This document shows positions 1-8,877 of a stretch of 64,000 nucleotides of DNA, in pieces. The DNA is from Spirochaetia bacterium (GTDB lineage Bacteria; Spirochaetota; Spirochaetia; SZUA-6; Bin103): NCBI GenBank assembly GCA_965199955.1, contig CBDATQ010000001.1, forward strand, positions 1,248,001 to 1,312,000, given 5' to 3'. Made by a program: the position numbers and the translations under genes. The notes beneath the pieces are model-generated. The model worked only from the letters and a program-made list of their open reading frames with translations, searched no databases and was not told the origin of the DNA. Within the stretch, counting starts at the first letter, position 1, and each line of letters opens with the position of its first letter.

Positions 1-230
1 AGTCGCTGAAGCTGTACCTGTGGTCCTACCGCAACGAGGGAACATTCCACGAGCACGTGACCAACCGCATCCTCGACGACCTGGTCGCGGCGCTGCAGCC
101 CGTCGCCTGCGAGGTGACCGGCGCCTTCAGCGTGCGCGGCGGCATCTCCATCACCGTCCGCGCCTCCTTCGAGCAGCCCGGCTCGGGCGGTTGGTCCGTA
201 CTCCCACCGCCGGCTCCCTCAATCGTGTAG
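1..230 (+). CDS. queF: preQ1 synthase (7-cyano-7-deazaguanine reductase), 3' part; runs off window start
   Basis: Frame from nt 3 reads SLKLYLWSYRNEGTFHEHVTNRILDDLV...FSVRGGISITV, the QueF type I C-terminal signature; TAG at 228-230. Confidence 0.9.
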   Translation, partial: SLKLYLWSYRNEGTFHEHVTNRILDDLVAALQPVACEVTGAFSVRGGISITVRASFEQPGSGGWSVLPPPAPSIV

Positions 231-268
231 CCCGCCGGGACGGCACGTACGCAGCCACCGATCCCACG

Positions 269-391
269 ATGCCACCGGTATCGCACCCGTTCAAGAAGGA
301 GCCTTGGTCGTTCTGATGAAACTACAATGATCATGCTCCACCCCATGTTCACGTGAAGAGCAGATGGGACCATCACCAGGAGAAGGGGGTC
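269..391 (+). pseudogene. DUF4160-family putative toxin, disrupted
   Basis: MPPVSHPFKKEPWSF**NYNDHAPPHVHVK: NDHxPPHxHV motif, two in-frame TGA at 314-319, most of the domain missing; in frame with the downstream DUF2442 ORF. Confidence 0.6.
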
Positions 392-697
392 TTGAAGGCC
401 GAACACCTCGCACAATTCTTTTTGCGAGTGTGGTTTGAGGAGGACTTGGAAGTTTCCATCTATGAGCTGGACTTTCGTCCGTTGTTCGTCGACGAGAATC
501 CCGGCGGCGTGTTCGAGTTATTGAGAGACGAGGAACGGTTTCGGCAGGTGCTCGGAGACTATGCGCTGATCTGGCCCAATCCCGAGAGCGGTGCGTATGA
601 CGAGCATGCAATCGATCTGGCTCCCGAGCGTGTGCGCTTTTTCTGTGAGCGGTATGGAAAGCGAGTCAAGGGAGCACACCAGGAGAGGGTGGCCTGA
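353..697 (+). CDS. DUF2442-domain protein (putative antitoxin); start uncertain, possibly TTG ~392
   Basis: LRVWFE...GVFELLRDEERFRQV...ALIWPN...IDLAPE pattern; directly after a DUF4160 remnant, its usual partner. Confidence 0.7.
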   Translation: MKSRWDHHQEKGVLKAEHLAQFFLRVWFEEDLEVSIYELDFRPLFVDENPGGVFELLRDEERFRQVLGDYALIWPNPESGAYDEHAIDLAPERVRFFCERYGKRVKGAHQERVA

Positions 698-2280
698 GTC
701 GTTCCTCGAGCTCCACAGAACTCGTTGTCCGCGGCGGGCTGGTGTTCGACGGCACCGGCGCTCCGCCGATGGAGGCGGACGTCGCGGTGAGCGGCGGGCG
801 GGTGGCGGAGGTCGGGCACATTCGCGCATCGGCGGAGCTGGAGATCGACGCGCGCGGGCTGAACGTGACGCCGGGGTTCATCGACATCCACAGCCACTCC
901 GACTATACGCTGCTGGTCGATCCGCGGGCGGTGAGTGCCGTGCACCAGGGAGTGACCACCGAGGTGGTCGGCAACTGCGGTCACGGCTGCTTTCCGATCA
1001 GGGATCGGCTGCTGTCGTCGCGCATCATCTACGGCTTCGACGGGCAGGTGCCGATCAACTGGTCCACGCCGGCGGCGTACCTGGAACGGCTGGAGCGGGC
1101 GCGCCCGGCGGTCAACGTGATCACGCTGGTGCCCAACGGCCAACTGCGCCTGGCGACGATGGGGCTGGAGGACCGCCCGGCCGGCGAAGCCGAGGTGGCG
1201 GCCATGACGCACCTCCTGGAAGAGGGCATGGACGCCGGGGCCTGGGGCTACTCGACCGGCCTGGAGTACGCCACCGAACAGGGCGCCCGCGAGCCCGAGA
1301 TCACCGCGCTGGCGGCTGCCGCGGCCCGGCGCGGCGGGCTCTACGCAACCCACACCCGCGATCGGGACCAGGACGCAGTCGGAGCGGTGGAGGAAGCGAT
1401 CCGCACGGCCCGCGCCGCCGGTGCCAGGCTGCAGGTCTCCCACCTGGCGCCGCGCAGCGGCCCCGATCACACGGCCCGCTGCGTCGACGCGGTGGACGGC
1501 GCGCGGGCCGCAGGCGACGACATCGCCTTCGACATGCACACCCGCCTCTACGGCCTGACCTTCCTGTACGCGATGCTGCCGCATTGGCTGCTCGGCGAGA
1601 GCCCGGAGAGCCAGGCGCGCCACCTGGGCATGCGCGAGTCGCGCGAACGCATTCGCTCGCATCGCTCCATCATCACCGGGCTCGGGGACTGGGGCCGCGT
1701 GTACCTGCTGGACAACGAGGTGTGGCCGGACCTGGCCCGCCTGGACTTCGAGGAGATCGGCCGCCGCCGCGGATCGGGCGCGTTCGACGCCGCCTGCGAC
1801 CTGCTCAGGGACAGCGTCGGCGCCGACAGGGCGCCGATGGTGATCATGCGCAGCTACACGCAGGAGATGCAGGAATCGGTGTTCGCGCACGAGTTGTGCG
1901 TGCCGGGGTCCGACGCGACCGCCCTGGCCCCGGACGGCCCGCTGGCGGGCTCGGCGTTCATGGGCGCCTATGGCTGGGCCGCCTGGTTCTGGCGCTTCAT
2001 GGTGTGCGACAGCGCGCGCCTGCCCCCGGAGGCCGCCATCCACAAGCTCAGCGGCCAGCCGGCGGACATCCTCGGCCTTGCCGATCGGGGCCTGCTGAGA
2101 CCTGGCATGCGGGCGGATCTTGCCGTCTTCGATCCCGGCAGCTTCGCGGACACGGCGACGACGTTCGAGCCCAACCAGCTCGCCACCGGCATGCGCCACG
2201 TGGTGGTCAACGGCACGATTACCCTCCGGGACGGGTCACTGACTGGGAAACGGGCGGGCGAGGTGCTGCGCAAGCGGTGA
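694..2280 (+). CDS. N-acyl-D-amino-acid deacylase (D-aminoacylase, amidohydrolase)
   Basis: ELVVRGGLVFDG..PGFIDIHSHSD, GVTTEVVGNCG, STGLEY, GMRADLAVFDP. Frame is open upstream of the called 742 start to a CTG at 694 behind GGAGAGG. Confidence 0.9.
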   Translation: MSRSSSSTELVVRGGLVFDGTGAPPMEADVAVSGGRVAEVGHIRASAELEIDARGLNVTPGFIDIHSHSDYTLLVDPRAVSAVHQGVTTEVVGNCGHGCFPIRDRLLSSRIIYGFDGQVPINWSTPAAYLERLERARPAVNVITLVPNGQLRLATMGLEDRPAGEAEVAAMTHLLEEGMDAGAWGYSTGLEYATEQGAREPEITALAAAAARRGGLYATHTRDRDQDAVGAVEEAIRTARAAGARLQVSHLAPRSGPDHTARCVDAVDGARAAGDDIAFDMHTRLYGLTFLYAMLPHWLLGESPESQARHLGMRESRERIRSHRSIITGLGDWGRVYLLDNEVWPDLARLDFEEIGRRRGSGAFDAACDLLRDSVGADRAPMVIMRSYTQEMQESVFAHELCVPGSDATALAPDGPLAGSAFMGAYGWAAWFWRFMVCDSARLPPEAAIHKLSGQPADILGLADRGLLRPGMRADLAVFDPGSFADTATTFEPNQLATGMRHVVVNGTITLRDGSLTGKRAGEVLRKR

Positions 2281-2299
2281 GAACCGAGCGATCTCCCGA

Positions 2300-3109
2300 T
2301 CAGGAATCCTCGCCGGTCTCTCGGTACAGGAGAGCCGTGCTGGCGGCCAGGACCTTGTCGTAGGCGGCCAGCGCGCCGGGGTCCAGGTCGGCCTTTGGTA
2401 TCGGTTCCAGGTCGAAGTGGCCGTAGCGGTCCTGGCCCCGCACCAGAGTGGCGGTGTCGCGCATGCCGGAGTTCTGGCGAATGGAGGTGGGGACGTAGCG
2501 GACCGCGATGCCGATGCGGCGGTCGCCGCGCGCCGCGGGCGCCGAGCCGTGCACGATGAGGACGTGGTGGAGGGACATCTGCCCCGCCTCCAGAGTCAGG
2601 TCGACGGCCTCGCTCTCGTCCACCTCGACGGAGACCTCCTGGCCGCGGGTGAGCAGGTTCCGGCCGTCGACCGTGTCCGTGTGCGGCATCTGTCGAGCCG
2701 ATTGGGAGCCGGGAATCACGCGCATGCAGCCGTTGTCGGGGGTGCTGGGCGACAGGGCGATCCAGGCCGTGACCACCTCGTCCGAGGACAGGCCCCAATA
2801 GGTGGCGTCTTGGTGCCAGGAGACGAACGCGCCGTCGCCGGGGTTCTTGATGAACGCGTTGCTGGTCCAGCATAGCAGGTCCGGGCCCAGGATCTCGGCG
2901 ACCGGGTCCAGCACGCCGGGGTAGCGCACCAGCTCGGAGAGCCACGCCAGCGCGACGTGGCCCTTGTGGCGAAGGATCGTGGGTGCCCGCTCCGGCTCCG
3001 CCTCCTCGAAGGATTCCAGCTTCGCGCGGAAGGCGGCCGCCTCCGCGAACGACAACGCCGGCACCGGACACAGGTAGCCCTCATGGGCATAGCGTTCGCG
3101 TGCCGTCAT
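2300..3109 (-). CDS. phytanoyl-CoA dioxygenase (PhyH) family Fe(II)/2OG dioxygenase
   Basis: WHQDATYW (HxD), TAWIAL..STPDNGCMRVIPGS, distal HGS..RRIGIAVRY. Confidence 0.9.
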   Translation of the reverse strand: MTARERYAHEGYLCPVPALSFAEAAAFRAKLESFEEAEPERAPTILRHKGHVALAWLSELVRYPGVLDPVAEILGPDLLCWTSNAFIKNPGDGAFVSWHQDATYWGLSSDEVVTAWIALSPSTPDNGCMRVIPGSQSARQMPHTDTVDGRNLLTRGQEVSVEVDESEAVDLTLEAGQMSLHHVLIVHGSAPAARGDRRIGIAVRYVPTSIRQNSGMRDTATLVRGQDRYGHFDLEPIPKADLDPGALAAYDKVLAASTALLYRETGEDS

Positions 3110-3155
3110 GGGTCGATCATCCTACCATCACACGCTGGCAGCGCAGGGAGGATGC

Positions 3156-3545
3156 ATGACAGATCGCGACCGCTACGAATCAGGCCGCAGAGTGCTCTCG
3201 AAGATGCTCGGCGAAGCCGCTGCAGAGGCTTCCACGGAGAACATGCGCGCAGTTCATCCCGAGCTCGAGCGACTGGTGATGACGCAGGTGATGCATGACC
3301 TGTACGGGCGTCCCGGGCTGGACATCAGGATACGCCTGCTGTGCACGATCGCGGCGCTGACGGTGCTCGGCCGGCCGGAGCAGATCGACGTTCACATCGA
3401 CCGGGCGCTGGGCTCCGGATGCACGAAGACGGAGATCGAGGAGGTCATGCTGCAGATGAGCGCGTTCGGAGGATTCCCCGCGGCGCGGGACGCGCTGGCC
3501 GTGCTGCGCGACAAACGGGACGGTTCTACCGCCAGGGAACCATGA
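3156..3545 (+). CDS. carboxymuconolactone decarboxylase family protein
   Basis: LYGRPGLDIRIRLLCTIAAL, HIDRAL..GCTKTEIEEV, GGFPAA; GGAGG RBS before ATG 3156. Confidence 0.85.
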   Translation: MTDRDRYESGRRVLSKMLGEAAAEASTENMRAVHPELERLVMTQVMHDLYGRPGLDIRIRLLCTIAALTVLGRPEQIDVHIDRALGSGCTKTEIEEVMLQMSAFGGFPAARDALAVLRDKRDGSTAREP

Positions 3546-3614
3546 AGACCCCGGCCTCCGTGGTACGATGCAGGGCCGCCACGTGGCGGTGATACGCACG
3601 GTGAGGAGGCCGCG

Positions 3615-3914
3615 GTGATCAAGCGGATGGAGAAGAAGTCGGAGTTGCCAGCCGACTGTTACATCTACAAGCACTCGAGCGCCTGCCCGGTGTCGGCGGC
3701 GGCGGCGCAGGTGGTTGAGAGCACGGCGTTCGATCTGCCCGTCTACTGGGTGAACGTGATCGAGCAGCGCAAGCTGTCCAACCAAGTGGCGAAGCGCTAT
3801 GGCGTCCGGCACGAATCGCCGCAGCTCCTGAAGATCGAGCAGGGCAGCGCCACGACCGTCCTGAGCCACCACCAGATCTCGCCCGCGCAACTCGCGCACA
3901 CCGTCAGCGGCTGA
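3615..3914 (+). CDS. monothiol bacilliredoxin BrxC/YtxJ family (DUF2847)
   Basis: YKHSSACPVS, VIEQRKLSNQVA..YGVRHESPQ, SH..I; GAGGAGG RBS. Confidence 0.85.
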   Translation: MIKRMEKKSELPADCYIYKHSSACPVSAAAAQVVESTAFDLPVYWVNVIEQRKLSNQVAKRYGVRHESPQLLKIEQGSATTVLSHHQISPAQLAHTVSG

Positions 3915-3925
3915 GGGGCGGCTTC

Positions 3926-4915
3926 GTGTACGTGGGAACGCAGTTCGGCTGCCGGCACGACACCGATATCGAGGTGCTGGCCCAGCTCGGCGTCATGCAC
4001 GTGGACCAGATGCCGACGGAACCGTGGGAGGAGTGGACGGCCGATACGCTGAAGGCGCTGCGCGAGCGCTTCGCCCGGTACGGCATCGAGCTGGAGATGA
4101 TCCACATCCCGCTCGGATCGCGCAGCGCGTTCGTGAATGAGGCCGGCGCGATTTTCCTGGGGCCGAGCGACGCGCGTGACCGCCAGATCGAGCGCATGTG
4201 CGAAACGGTGCGGATGGCCGCCGAGGCGGGGCTGCGCGGCCTCAACTACAACGTCACGCTGCTCGGCCACCTGCGCACCGAGCCGCGCTACGGGCGCGGC
4301 GGCGCGAAGCTGTCGTCGTTCGAGCTCGACAAGCTGGACCAGTCGCTCGGCACCTTCGAGGGCGGCCCCGCCGACGAGGACACGATGTGGGAGCGCATCG
4401 ATCACTGGCTGCAGAACATCATGCCGGTGGCCGAGGAGTACAAGATCCAGATGGCCTGCCACCCGTCCGATCCCGGCATCGGCTACGGCGCCGAGTATCG
4501 CGGCGTGGCCCGCGTGCTCGGCATGGTGAACGGCTTCAAGAAGCTGGTCGAGCTCTACGACAGCCCCTACAACGGCCTCAACTTCTGCATCGGCTGCATG
4601 GCCGAGTCGCTGGAGAATCCGCGGGCGGACATCTGCGAGGTGATCCGCTACTTCGGAGAGCGCGACAAGATCTTCAACATCCACTTCCGCAACATCAAGG
4701 GTGGACTGGGGAACTTCGTCGAGGTGTTCCCGGACGAGGGCGACGTCGACATGCTCAAGGCGCTCCGGACCCTCAAGGAGGTCGGTTACCGGTACATGAT
4801 CATGCCCGACCATGTTCCCGGACTGTCCGGTGCCGAGCCGCACCAGGTCGGCTTCGCCTACACCTACGGCTACATCCACGCCCTGCTGCAGGCGGTGAAC
4901 GACGAAGACCGGTAG
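3926..4915 (+). CDS. uxuA: mannonate dehydratase family protein
   Basis: MACHPSDP, SPYNGLNFCIGC, IFNIHFRNIKG, EGDVDM, MPDHVP, FAYTYGYI. Confidence 0.75.
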   Translation: MYVGTQFGCRHDTDIEVLAQLGVMHVDQMPTEPWEEWTADTLKALRERFARYGIELEMIHIPLGSRSAFVNEAGAIFLGPSDARDRQIERMCETVRMAAEAGLRGLNYNVTLLGHLRTEPRYGRGGAKLSSFELDKLDQSLGTFEGGPADEDTMWERIDHWLQNIMPVAEEYKIQMACHPSDPGIGYGAEYRGVARVLGMVNGFKKLVELYDSPYNGLNFCIGCMAESLENPRADICEVIRYFGERDKIFNIHFRNIKGGLGNFVEVFPDEGDVDMLKALRTLKEVGYRYMIMPDHVPGLSGAEPHQVGFAYTYGYIHALLQAVNDEDR

Positions 4916-4916
4916 G

Positions 4917-5906
4917 GTGGACGGCCCGCTTCGCGTCGGCGTCTACGGCGCCGGCAACTTCGCCAACCGCGAGCATCTGCCGAACTTGGCGCGTATCGAC
5001 GGCGTGCGCGTGGTCGCGGTCTGCGACGTCGACGAGCAGGCGGCGCGAGCCACGGCCGCGCGCTTCGGCATCCCCGGCGTGTACACCGACGGGATGAAGA
5101 TGCTTGCCGGGGAGCGGCTCGACGCGCTGTGGTCGATCGTCCCGGCGGCCGCGCGCGGCGACGTGGAAGTGGCCGCGGCGGAGCAGGGCGTCCACCTGTT
5201 CAGCGAAAAGCCGCAGGCAACGGAGATGCGGACCGCGCGGCGCATCGACGCGGCGATCCGCCGGAGTGGGGTGCTGTCCGCCGTCGGCTTCCGCGAGCGC
5301 TACCGCCCGATCTTCCAGGAGGCGAAGCGCCTGCTCGCCGACAAGAAGGTCGTCCACGTCCGCTTCCAGAGCTTCCGCGACCTGCCGGCGCAGGACGCCG
5401 GCGACGCCGAGTTCCGCAGCTACGGAGCCGCCTTCTTCGACTGGGGGCCGCACGCCGTGGACTACTGCCGGTTCCTGAGCGGGCTGGACATCACCACCGC
5501 GCAGGCGTTCTTCACCGACCGCCCACCCTACCTGACGCCGCTGTCGGCGTCGTTCAACTTCGTCATGGAGTGCGGTGCCACCATGACCGTGACGTTCGTC
5601 TGCGCCGGTCCCGGCGGTCCGACGAACGAGCCGTATTTCCTGATCTGCTTCGAGGGCGGCTATCTCAGCGTGCACGGCTACGACCGCATCGAGATGAACG
5701 GCCACACGGTGTACGCGGCGAAGGAATTCAACCCCTGGTTCGAGCTGGACCGGCGCTTCTGCGAAGCGGTCAGGACCGGAGACGGCAGCAGGCTGCTGAA
5801 CGACTACCATGACGGCCTGTCCACGCTGGCGCCGCTGCTGGCGGGCTGGGAGTCCGCAAAGCGGGGCGGCGAGCCGATCGACGTCCAGGCCTACCTGCGC
5901 GGCTGA
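4917..5906 (+). CDS. Gfo/Idh/MocA family oxidoreductase
   Basis: VGVYGAGNFA, HLFSEKP, GFRERY, DWGPHAVD. Confidence 0.9.
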   Translation: MDGPLRVGVYGAGNFANREHLPNLARIDGVRVVAVCDVDEQAARATAARFGIPGVYTDGMKMLAGERLDALWSIVPAAARGDVEVAAAEQGVHLFSEKPQATEMRTARRIDAAIRRSGVLSAVGFRERYRPIFQEAKRLLADKKVVHVRFQSFRDLPAQDAGDAEFRSYGAAFFDWGPHAVDYCRFLSGLDITTAQAFFTDRPPYLTPLSASFNFVMECGATMTVTFVCAGPGGPTNEPYFLICFEGGYLSVHGYDRIEMNGHTVYAAKEFNPWFELDRRFCEAVRTGDGSRLLNDYHDGLSTLAPLLAGWESAKRGGEPIDVQAYLRG

Positions 5907-6490
5907 CCGCTTTCCGGCCCGGCGAGCTCGAACAGGGCGCCGAGCACCCGGTAGGTGAGGCCCCAGATCGCCTCTCCGCCGTAGGCGATCCCTGGAAACA
6001 CCAGGCGCCGTTCGCCATCGGCGATCTCCACCGAGGTGCGGTGGGACGCGTCGATCAGATGCTCGATCGGGATCCACATCGCCGCGGCGACCTCCGCCGG
6101 TTGCGGGCGCAGCGCCGGCAGCTCGGGGGAGCAGAGATGGAAGAACGGCTGCAGCCAGCCCAGGTGTGGCCGGCCCCGGCGGGTGATCTGCATGGGCGGC
6201 AGGGCGCCCAGGTACCGGCAGCGCGCCAGGTCCAGTCCGACCTCCTCGGCCGTCTCCCGCACTCCGGCCGCGCGCGGGTCTGCATCGGTCCGGGCGACCC
6301 GGCCGCCGGGAAACGCCATCTGCCCCGACCACGGATCGTCCGGCCGCTCCGAGCGCTTGATGAAGCAGAGCGCCGGGGCGGCGTCGGGACCGCCGAGCAC
6401 CACGCAGACGGAGGCGGTGATCTCGTGCTCCGGGGACGACTCGTCGTGACCGCGTCCCATGAAGGCATCGACGATTCGCTGTGCGGTCAC
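5891..6490 (-). CDS. NUDIX hydrolase, CoA pyrophosphatase-like; start GTG 6490 or ATG 6460
   Basis: FIKRS..DPWSGQMAFPGG..AGVRETAEEVGL Nudix box, C-terminal IWGLTYRVL. Confidence 0.85.
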   Translation of the reverse strand: MTAQRIVDAFMGRGHDESSPEHEITASVCVVLGGPDAAPALCFIKRSERPDDPWSGQMAFPGGRVARTDADPRAAGVRETAEEVGLDLARCRYLGALPPMQITRRGRPHLGWLQPFFHLCSPELPALRPQPAEVAAAMWIPIEHLIDASHRTSVEIADGERRLVFPGIAYGGEAIWGLTYRVLGALFELAGPESGQPRR

Positions 6491-6541
6491 TCCCGTATAG
6501 TACGCTGACACCGAAGACCGCGGGTCAGCAGGGGGAGAACG

Positions 6542-6862
6542 ATGATCCTGACAACGGCCGCGAGCATCGCCGGCCATCGCGTCGTCAAGACGGTCGGCCT
6601 GGTACGCGGCAACACGGTCCGCTCCCGCCACATGGGGCGGGACATCATGGCCGGCTTCAAGACCATGGTCGGAGGCGAGATCGTCTCCTACACCCAGATG
6701 ATGGACGACGCCCGCTCCGAATCGGTGGACCGCCTGGCCGCCGACGCTCAGAAGCGCGGCGCCAACGCGGTGACCGACATCCGCTTCACCACCTCCGCGA
6801 TCATGAGCGGCGCGTCCGAGATCCTGTCCTACGGAACCGCGGTGGTCGTGGAGCCCGAGTAG
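6542..6862 (+). CDS. YbjQ/UPF0145 family protein
   Basis: GLVRGNTVRSRHMGRDI.AGFK.MVGGE, GANAV..IRF, YGTAVVV; GGAGA RBS. Confidence 0.9.
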   Translation: MILTTAASIAGHRVVKTVGLVRGNTVRSRHMGRDIMAGFKTMVGGEIVSYTQMMDDARSESVDRLAADAQKRGANAVTDIRFTTSAIMSGASEILSYGTAVVVEPE

Positions 6863-6882
6863 CCCCACCCGCGGACAGCGGC

Positions 6883-7147
6883 TCAGCCTTCGCTCGCCGG
6901 TTCGCCCGAATCTTGCGGATAGATGGCGACGATCACGGAGGCGCCCACCCGTGCGATCCGCTGCAGCGTGTCCGGCTCCGCAGCCGATGTCCAGCACCGA
7001 GTCCCCGTCCTGCACGCGGCTGGACATTGCTTCCAACTCGGTTCCGGGCTCGGTTCGCCGGGAGCTGTCGTACGCCTTCGCGCACGTGTCGTATCCCCGC
7101 CTCACCAGGGCGCGGTAATCGACGGCCGGATCGTTCGCAGGGGTCAC
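6883..7147 (-). pseudogene. chimeric remnant: class I SAM methyltransferase 5' end joined to an unrelated 3' gene end
   Basis: VRRGYD..A..Y...VLDIGCGAG breaks off at ~6973; another frame continues TLQRIARVGASVIVAIYPQDSGEPASEG*. Confidence 0.65.
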
Positions 7148-7168
7148 GTTCGAATCACATCGTGCCGG

Positions 7169-7590
7169 CTACACCCGAACGGCAGCGCCGCTTCGGGCGG
7201 ACTCCTGGGCGGCCAGGGCGAAGCGCAGGACCTCGCGTGCGTCGCGGCCGGACAGGCGCGGCTGCTCGCCGCGGCGGTGCGCCTCAATGCCGTGGCAGGT
7301 CGCGTGCACGAAGCTGGTCTCCCAGCCGATCTGCATCGACCGGTAGTCGGTCGTCACGCCGTCGCGGTAGAGCTGCACCGGGGCCACCACGTCGCCCAAC
7401 TGCCCGTGTCCCCGGTTGATCCAGATCACGCCGCGTGTGCCGGTGATCTCCACCCGGTCGTCTTGGGCGTAGTGGGGGGAGAGGATCTCCAGGTCGGGAG
7501 AGTAGACGACCTCGAGGTTGCCGCAGCGCTGGCCGGGAAAGCGAAATGAGACCATCGCCGGCGCGTCGATCGCGTAGCCGTGCACCCGCG
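7169..7590 (-). pseudogene. C-terminal fragment of a Gfo/Idh/MocA-like oxidoreductase
   Basis: DDRVEITGTRGVIWI, P.LSGRDAREVLRFALAAQESARSG..V; no Rossmann N-terminus before the vapBC promoter. Confidence 0.65.
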
Positions 7591-7640
7591 AGGGCGGCTG
7601 CAGCTCGCACCGTCCTGCCGTTCTTGCGTGTTCTGCGAAA

Positions 7641-7660
7641 ATGTAGTTACATGACTACAT
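7641..7660. promoter_or_regulatory. inverted-repeat operator upstream of the phd/vapC operon
   Basis: ATGTAGT-tacatg-ACTACAT, perfect 7-bp arms, AT-rich, ~20 bp before the antitoxin ATG. Confidence 0.65.
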
Positions 7661-7679
7661 GTGCTTTGAGGGACCTGCT

Positions 7680-7934
7680 ATGATTATCACGACTGTAACG
7701 AGTCGCGAACTCAACCAGGACGTCGGACGCGCGAAGAAGGCCGCGAAGTCGGGCCCCGTCTTCATCACCGACCGTGGCAAGCCCGCACACGTACTGCTCA
7801 GCATCGAGGACTATCGGCGGCTCGCGGGGCAGGGCCGCAGCTTGGTGGAGGCACTGTCGATGCCGGGTCTGACCGGCATCGACTTCGATCCCCCGCGCGC
7901 CCGCCTTGAAGTCCCTCCGCCCGATCTTTCCTGA
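7680..7934 (+). CDS. type II TA antitoxin, Phd/YefM family
   Basis: TTVTSRELNQDVGRAKKAAKSGPVFITDRGKPAHVLLSIEDY; stop overlaps toxin ATG (TGATG). Confidence 0.92.
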   Translation: MIITTVTSRELNQDVGRAKKAAKSGPVFITDRGKPAHVLLSIEDYRRLAGQGRSLVEALSMPGLTGIDFDPPRARLEVPPPDLS

Positions 7935-8356
7935 TGTTCCTGCTTGATACGAACGTGATCTCCGAGTTGCGCAAGCTCGGCGATGGCAAGGCCGACGCTC
8001 ATGTCGTGGCATGGGTCGCGGGCCGGGACGCCGCGAGCTTCTACATCTCCGCGCTGACCCTGATGGAGTTGGAGATAGGCATCCTGCGCATCGAACGTCG
8101 CGACGCCGCGCAAGGGGTGCGGCTGCGCACGTGGATGGACCGGCACGTGCTGCCCGAGTTCGTGGAGCGCACGCTGCCCGTCGACTCCACCGTCGCCCTG
8201 AAATGCGCGCGGCTGCATGTGCCGGACCCCCGGGCTGAACGGGATGCGCTGATCGCTGCCACGGCCATCGTGCACGGGATGACGGTGGTCACGCGGAACG
8301 TGGCCGACTTCGAGACGACAGGTGCGGCAGTCGTCGATCCGTGGGCCGGAGCATGA
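7934..8356 (+). CDS. vapC: type II TA toxin, VapC/PIN ribonuclease
   Basis: MFLLDTNVISELRK, ELEIG, RDALIAATA, VVTRNVADF, DPW. Confidence 0.93.
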   Translation: MFLLDTNVISELRKLGDGKADAHVVAWVAGRDAASFYISALTLMELEIGILRIERRDAAQGVRLRTWMDRHVLPEFVERTLPVDSTVALKCARLHVPDPRAERDALIAATAIVHGMTVVTRNVADFETTGAAVVDPWAGA

Positions 8357-8462
8357 AGCTGGCCGGCAGAGCCTGCGCGTGCACTCACCGCATCACGGCG
8401 TCCCGGCTCGCATTGATCAGGAATCGGCGATCCGCCCATAACGTCCGGCAGGATGTAGCACC

Positions 8463-8851
8463 ATGCACCACAGAGAACGGATAGTCTGGAAGCGGGGCAG
8501 AACGGCGCTCAGGGCGCTGGGGACTGGCGCTCGCCTTCCTTCTGATCGCGACGATGAGCTGGGCCGATGGCGAAGTCACCATCACCCACTACTTCGGCGG
8601 CGACCTGGGGCGGGCGGGACTGAAGGAGATTTTCGGAAGCTTCAAGGCGGAGACCGGCATGGGCTCGGCGCTGCACGACGCTCGGCCGTTGGGGCAAGCC
8701 CGAGGACATCGCCCGCGCCGCGGTCTACCTGGCGTCGAGCGACGCCGACGGGGTGACCGGGCAGGTGATGCACGTCGACGGCGGCACCAGCGCCGGCCGG
8801 CTGCTGCCGTCGTTCAAGCACTACGGCGCCAAGCCCAGGATGGAAGACTGA
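8463..8851 (+). pseudogene. chimeric remnant: ABC solute-binding protein N-terminus joined to SDR oxidoreductase C-terminus
   Basis: Signal-like LGLALAFLLIATMSWA-DGEVTITHYFGGDLG, then from ~8678 [36 protein letters not shown]...ED*. Confidence 0.7.
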
Positions 8852-8877
8852 GCTGACCCGCGCCGCGGCGTGGGCGG

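Noticed and set aside
314..319. TGA recoding (Trp or Sec) suggested by tandem in-frame TGA
   Set aside because: TGA is the normal stop of many intact genes here, and the affected gene is also internally deleted.
2300..3109. PhyH protein as an Fe/2OG halogenase
   Set aside because: It keeps the HxD carboxylate (HQD); halogenases have Ala or Gly there.
5891..7147. 418-aa methyltransferase-NUDIX fusion ORF
   Set aside because: The middle is the antisense strand of the YbjQ gene; it is a chance read-through from a methyltransferase remnant into the NUDIX gene.
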